From positions 94,044 to 158,043 of the forward strand of contig CAVZNX010000014.1 in the NCBI GenBank assembly GCA_963776795.1: a stretch of 64,000 nt of DNA, given 5' to 3'. The stretch comes from an uncultured Chloroflexia bacterium. Its GTDB lineage: Bacteria > Chloroflexota > Anaerolineae > Anaerolineales > UBA4823. Shown piece by piece: positions 60,076 through 64,000 of the stretch. The notes below the pieces were generated by a model. It was not told the origin of the DNA and searched no databases. It saw nothing but the letters and a program-made list of their open reading frames with translations. Each line of letters begins with the position of its first letter. Position 1 is the stretch's first letter. Both the position numbers and the translations under genes were made by a program.

Positions 60076-61641
60076 ATGAGAAGTCACAACAAGCTAATCG
60101 TATCCTTGGATATCGGAACCACCGCCATAAAAGTTGGCTTATTTTCAGCAGATGGGAAGCTATTAGCTTTCGAAAAACGAGAGCAAAAACTTATCTTCCC
60201 TAAGCCGGGGAGAGTAGAGCAATCCATGCAGGATACCTGGCAGTTGATCACCGGATCCATCAGGGAGATCATGCGGAACAATCCTCCAGGTGATGTATCT
60301 GCGGTTTCGTTATCTGTGCAACGAGGCAGTGTGATCTCAATGGACGCGGATGGAAATCCACTTGGAGATCAAATCGTTTGGATGGACAACAGGGGGTTGA
60401 ATTACGTTGAGTGGATTAAAAGCAATTTGGGGACCGAAGCATATTATAAAATCTCTGGGCATGGATTAAGTCATATTACAGGTGTTAGCAAATTACTATG
60501 GCTGCGGCACGAGGACCCAGAAAAATGGAAAAAAACTAAAGTCATCGGTACCCCTCAAACCTTGCTACTAAAATGGCTTGGATGTGAGGATTTTATATGC
60601 GATCGATCGAGTGGCACATATTTCTTCCCGTTTGATATCGATAACAAAGTGTGGAGCAAGGACCTGGCAGAAAAGCTCGACTTCCCCATCCACAGACTTC
60701 CCAGGCTCGTCAGTGCAACGGAAATCGTAGGCAAACTATCGGTAAAAGCAGCCAATGACCTAGGTTTGAAATCTGGAATCCCACTTGTTGCTGGTGGTGG
60801 CGATGGACAATGTGCGGCTGCGGGTTGTGGGGTTATTGCTCCAGGTATGGGAATGATCAATATTGGCACGGGAGCCGGGGTGCAATGTTTCCTTTCAGCG
60901 CCTTTACGGGATCCGGCGTGTGTCATTCCTGTTGCCGCACATGTCGTACCGGATGGATGGGAGATGGAGGCGCATACGCAGGCATCGGGAGCAGTTTTCA
61001 GGTGGCTGCGTGATGAATTTGGATATCCCGAAAAATATCGGGCTGATATTGAAAATGTCGATGCGTTTGACCTACTGGTTTATGAAGCCGGATATGCTCC
61101 TCCTGGGTCCGCTGGTTTACTATTGATCCCAACCTTTAACGGGAGCACGGGACCAAAAGTCGATTTGAATGCCCGAGGAATTCTAATGGGTCTGACCCTG
61201 TCACATCAAAGAAGACATGTGATACGTGCTTTTTTAGAGGGGATTAGTTTAGAACTCAGGTGGATGTTTGATGCAATCTCACAGGTAGGCGTGCCGCTGA
61301 ATGAGCTGCGATTGGCAGGGGGTGGAGCACGAAATCCTCACTGGAATCAGATCCATGCAGATATCCTGTGCCGTCCAGTAAGCACACTTGACCAGAGCGA
61401 AGCAGCCCTGGTTGGAGCAGCAATGTGTGCTGCTGTGGCAGTTGAGGAATATAAAAATCTGGCGGAAGCAGCCTCGCAATTTGTCAGGGTAAAAGATACG
61501 ATTGATCCCGATCCGAAGAACTACCAGGTTTACCAGGCGGCTTATGAAAGGTATCGCGAGGTATATACCCTCTTCAGCGATAAGGGTATTTTTACTGAAC
61601 TGGTTGAATTAGCTGAGCTTAGTCAGGGAGATGGAGCATAA
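60076..61641 (+). CDS. FGGY-family carbohydrate kinase (xylulokinase/glycerol-kinase-like)
   Basis: LIVSLDIGTTAIKVGLF...VAGGGDGQCAAAGCG...LRLAGGGARNPHWNQIHADIL. The start at 60076 (MRSHNK) is preferred over the listed 59986. Confidence 0.8.
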   Translation: MRSHNKLIVSLDIGTTAIKVGLFSADGKLLAFEKREQKLIFPKPGRVEQSMQDTWQLITGSIREIMRNNPPGDVSAVSLSVQRGSVISMDADGNPLGDQIVWMDNRGLNYVEWIKSNLGTEAYYKISGHGLSHITGVSKLLWLRHEDPEKWKKTKVIGTPQTLLLKWLGCEDFICDRSSGTYFFPFDIDNKVWSKDLAEKLDFPIHRLPRLVSATEIVGKLSVKAANDLGLKSGIPLVAGGGDGQCAAAGCGVIAPGMGMINIGTGAGVQCFLSAPLRDPACVIPVAAHVVPDGWEMEAHTQASGAVFRWLRDEFGYPEKYRADIENVDAFDLLVYEAGYAPPGSAGLLLIPTFNGSTGPKVDLNARGILMGLTLSHQRRHVIRAFLEGISLELRWMFDAISQVGVPLNELRLAGGGARNPHWNQIHADILCRPVSTLDQSEAALVGAAMCAAVAVEEYKNLAEAASQFVRVKDTIDPDPKNYQVYQAAYERYREVYTLFSDKGIFTELVELAELSQGDGA

Positions 61642-61643
61642 AT

Positions 61644-62207
61644 CTATTCCTTGAGCCGCACCACCATCTGGCAGAAACCCCGTTCTGAGAGTCCCCTGCA
61701 ACCCGTTAATTCGGCAACAAATTTATCGTTATAGCCTTCAACCATCCCCTTATCAACCTGGTCAAACAGTAAGCAAAAACGCACGATTTCTTCATCTTCC
61801 ATGCCCATGCCCTTCCATTTTATTGGAAGTGGACAATAGGTCTCCCTGATCACCAGTTTGTCTTCACTAATTTCAGGAGTAGTACCATAATACATCCTTG
61901 AGAGCCGATGCGACACAAGCTCTGCTAAACTGCCCAGGTCATTTTCCTGGCCTTTTTCTTTGACAATTTGGGCTCGTAATTGACCTTTTTCAAAGCCTAT
62001 CTGATATATCACCTGTTTTACAATTTCATAGACTTCTTCTCCAAAACGCTCTTTCATCGCCAGGATGATATCAGCGATATATTCTGCTCGCCGCATGTAT
62101 TCTTTATCAAGAAATCCCTTTACTTCATCCCAGGTAAATGTATCATTCACAACGGAATTACTCTTTTCAGGGAAATTTAGATCAGATTTTGTTTGTGTTT
62201 TTGACAT
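61644..62207 (-). CDS. Hypothetical protein, possibly L-2-amino-thiazoline-4-carboxylate-hydrolase-like family
   Basis: ~187 aa. GAGG RBS before the ATG at 62207. The Cys pattern YCPLPIKWKGMG...FCLLFDQVD...TGCRG...GFCQMVV resembles that family only by recollection. Confidence 0.3.
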   Translation of the reverse strand: MSKTQTKSDLNFPEKSNSVVNDTFTWDEVKGFLDKEYMRRAEYIADIILAMKERFGEEVYEIVKQVIYQIGFEKGQLRAQIVKEKGQENDLGSLAELVSHRLSRMYYGTTPEISEDKLVIRETYCPLPIKWKGMGMEDEEIVRFCLLFDQVDKGMVEGYNDKFVAELTGCRGLSERGFCQMVVRLKE

Positions 62208-62286
62208 CGATGACCTCAATCGTTTATTTATGAAAGTATTTATTTTCGCTCTATGTTATTTAGTAATGAAAGTATGCCAGCTTGTT

Positions 62287-63090
62287 TTACATCGTTTTAC
62301 GAAAAACAATGCGATCTTGCTTTAGGGCGAGGAGGAACTCAGTAAGTCCTTTGGCTTTGGCCTCAATTAATGCCTTCCCTCGCTCAGCTGTTGCCCATTT
62401 CGGATCACCGTGATGGCCTGCTTCGACCATTTCTCCCATTGTCAATGAGAATACGGCTGGCCCTTTAGACAGCTGACCTCCAGGGCTCGGAAAAACTGAC
62501 CCGAATCTCGAAAGGTCAACGACTGGTTTTGAATCGACAAATTTATCTTCGGCAACTTCTTCAGGCACCAAATACATCATTGCTGAGGTTTCAGATAATC
62601 CACCATGACCATCGTACGGCGGTATACCCTCGGGTTTGGGTACTGAACCCATTTCCCATGCTCGGACATGTGTAGCCAGTGCACCTGTCTCAAGGTGCAG
62701 ATCTTCAGCGATCAGATCCAATATCCCATAATTTCCCCCGTGACCATCCACGATGACCGGCTTACGGAAACCATGATGGATCAAGCTGAGAGCAATATCC
62801 TTAATAACCTTTCCAAGTGTATCGGGCTGGAGCGTGATGGTGCCGGGGAATTCCATGAAGGCCCGCGAGTTACCATACCAGACCAGTGGCAATAAGACTA
62901 CTTCTGCCTGGATAGCAGCCAACCGGGCAATCTCATAGGTTTCGATTGAATCTGTCCCGACAGGTAAATGCTTGCCGTGCTCTTCCATAGCGCCGATCGG
63001 AATTAATGCAATGCCATTGGCTTCTTTAACAGCCTCTTGCACTTCAATCCAGCTCATGAGCTCTAATTGAACTTTCTTCTCCAATATCAT
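62287..63090 (-). CDS. Creatininase-family amidohydrolase
   Basis: ALIPIGAMEEHGKHLPVGTDS...VIVDGHGGN... 267 aa, intact. Confidence 0.75.
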   Translation of the reverse strand: MILEKKVQLELMSWIEVQEAVKEANGIALIPIGAMEEHGKHLPVGTDSIETYEIARLAAIQAEVVLLPLVWYGNSRAFMEFPGTITLQPDTLGKVIKDIALSLIHHGFRKPVIVDGHGGNYGILDLIAEDLHLETGALATHVRAWEMGSVPKPEGIPPYDGHGGLSETSAMMYLVPEEVAEDKFVDSKPVVDLSRFGSVFPSPGGQLSKGPAVFSLTMGEMVEAGHHGDPKWATAERGKALIEAKAKGLTEFLLALKQDRIVFRKTM

Positions 63091-63173
63091 TTTTTTAACT
63101 CCAATTCCGATATCACGATGGACTAGCTTATAAATAATATTCGTAAGGAAATTTTGTTTTTTTCAAGGATATT

Positions 63174-64000
63174 TCAAGATCTGCCTGATGCGACATCAGG
63201 AAGATTATTCCCAATTAGTTTATATTGCTTAAAAATCTCATTATACCTGGCAGGTGTTTCAGATTGGGGTTCTATTACCCCGATCGGATGGACCATCTCC
63301 TTAATGGCAGTATTTATATCCGAATATTTCCGTACTCCAACCGCAGCCAAGATCGCGCTGCCAAGACACGAATCAGCCGGTGAGTATATCATTTCGTGAT
63401 CAAGCACATTTGCCATAATTTGGCGCCATAACGCACTCTGTGCCCCCCCACCTGTAATATGAATTTTCTTGGGAGAAAAACCCATCTGGGAAAAATCTTC
63501 GATGATCTCCCGAATAGCGAAGGCAACCCCCTCCATTACAGCCCGGCAAAGATCGGCGCGGCACGTAGTAAGGTTCAATCCATAAAATCCGCCTCGAGCT
63601 ATAGAATTATCATTTGGTGTTCCGCGACCCATCAGATATGGTAAAAAAATTACACCTCGACTACCGGTCGGGGATGTAGATGCTTCATCGATCAAGCGAT
63701 TTAATTTATTGGGGTCAAATTCGCCAGAAATCACCTTAGCCAGCCACCCAAGGCTTTCAGCCCCACACTTGGTTTGCCCGCCAGCGATCCATGATCCTTC
63801 TAAATATCGCCAGCAGAATATGGCATGTTCATAGCAAATTGCCGACGGGATGGGAATGGAGGTTGCCATATAAACCACCCCGTTCGTTGCCAGCTGGATT
63901 ACGTTTTCATTATCCGAAACCACACCTGTAGACAGAGCAGCCGAGCCACCGTCATTCATCCCAATAACTACGGGAAGCTTGCGTGGCAGCCCAAGCTCAT
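63174..64000 (-). CDS. FGGY-family carbohydrate kinase, C-terminal part (the gene continues beyond the window edge)
   Basis: ITGGGAQSALWRQIMANVLDHEM, an FGGY_C motif. Hand translation upstream of the listed M stays open to position 64000 (ELGLPRKLPVVIGMNDGG). Confidence 0.75.
   Translation of the reverse strand, partial: ELGLPRKLPVVIGMNDGGSAALSTGVVSDNENVIQLATNGVVYMATSIPIPSAICYEHAIFCWRYLEGSWIAGGQTKCGAESLGWLAKVISGEFDPNKLNRLIDEASTSPTGSRGVIFLPYLMGRGTPNDNSIARGGFYGLNLTTCRADLCRAVMEGVAFAIREIIEDFSQMGFSPKKIHITGGGAQSALWRQIMANVLDHEMIYSPADSCLGSAILAAVGVRKYSDINTAIKEMVHPIGVIEPQSETPARYNEIFKQYKLIGNNLPDVASGRS

Noticed and set aside
1-64000. CRISPR arrays, rRNA genes, IS elements/transposases, integrases
   Set aside because: No regularly spaced direct repeats, no rRNA-like segments and no DDE/tyrosine/serine-recombinase-like ORFs were seen in any frame of the ORF track. 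Absence is based on visual inspection only.

Overview
The window has three blocks. GC values below are judged by eye, not computed.

(1) 1-29.2 kb is low-GC (roughly high 30s %). It is a cell-envelope/exopolysaccharide locus. It holds GT2, GT4 and GT39-like glycosyltransferases, two Wzy/O-antigen-ligase-like proteins, and a Wzz/BY-kinase. It also holds two SDR epimerases, an AsnB/NadE/acyl-AMP-ligase trio and several secreted proteins.

(2) About 29.2-51.3 kb is much GC-richer (roughly 60 %). Every credible gene is on the minus strand.
- Replication: helicase-loader-like protein, two DnaD-like proteins, an HTH protein, DnaB.
- Regulation and accessory: two GNATs, a PDZ/GAF histidine kinase with a NarL-type regulator, and a polyprenyl-synthase-like protein. 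An XRE repressor follows.
- A SWIM-like / unknown / AAA+ MoxR-type / HExxH-vWA operon.
- Recombination: two double-OB-fold proteins, a Rad52-like annealase, a wHTH plus nuclease-like protein.
- An orphan Flp/Tad pilin cassette.

I could not find an integrase, capsid/tail genes, conjugation genes or flanking direct repeats. It looks like a foreign replicative/recombination island or satellite-like element; an assembly chimera is the alternative.

(3) 51.3-64 kb is low-GC again. It holds a TMADH-family flavoprotein and an sgc-like sugar-phosphate cluster. That cluster has an Rpe-like epimerase, a DeoR regulator, a BtpA/SgcQ-like protein, two tandem eIF2B-family isomerase paralogs and an M29 aminopeptidase. 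It also has two FGGY kinases, a creatininase-family protein and a weak ATC-hydrolase-like call.

Many genes in all three blocks are split by single frame shifts. Two that I checked sit at A-runs, so systematic indel error is as likely as pseudogenisation.

Most noteworthy:
- the MoxR-vWA-SWIM-like operon;
- two tRNA-like (acceptor plus T-arm) RNA elements at intercistronic junctions, one heading a ~250-nt terminated ncRNA;
- a duplicated operator (TGTCCC-N8/9-GGGACA-N2-TGTCCC) in front of two look-alike promoters, one of which faces the replication module.

No CRISPR array, rRNA or bona fide tRNA was seen.
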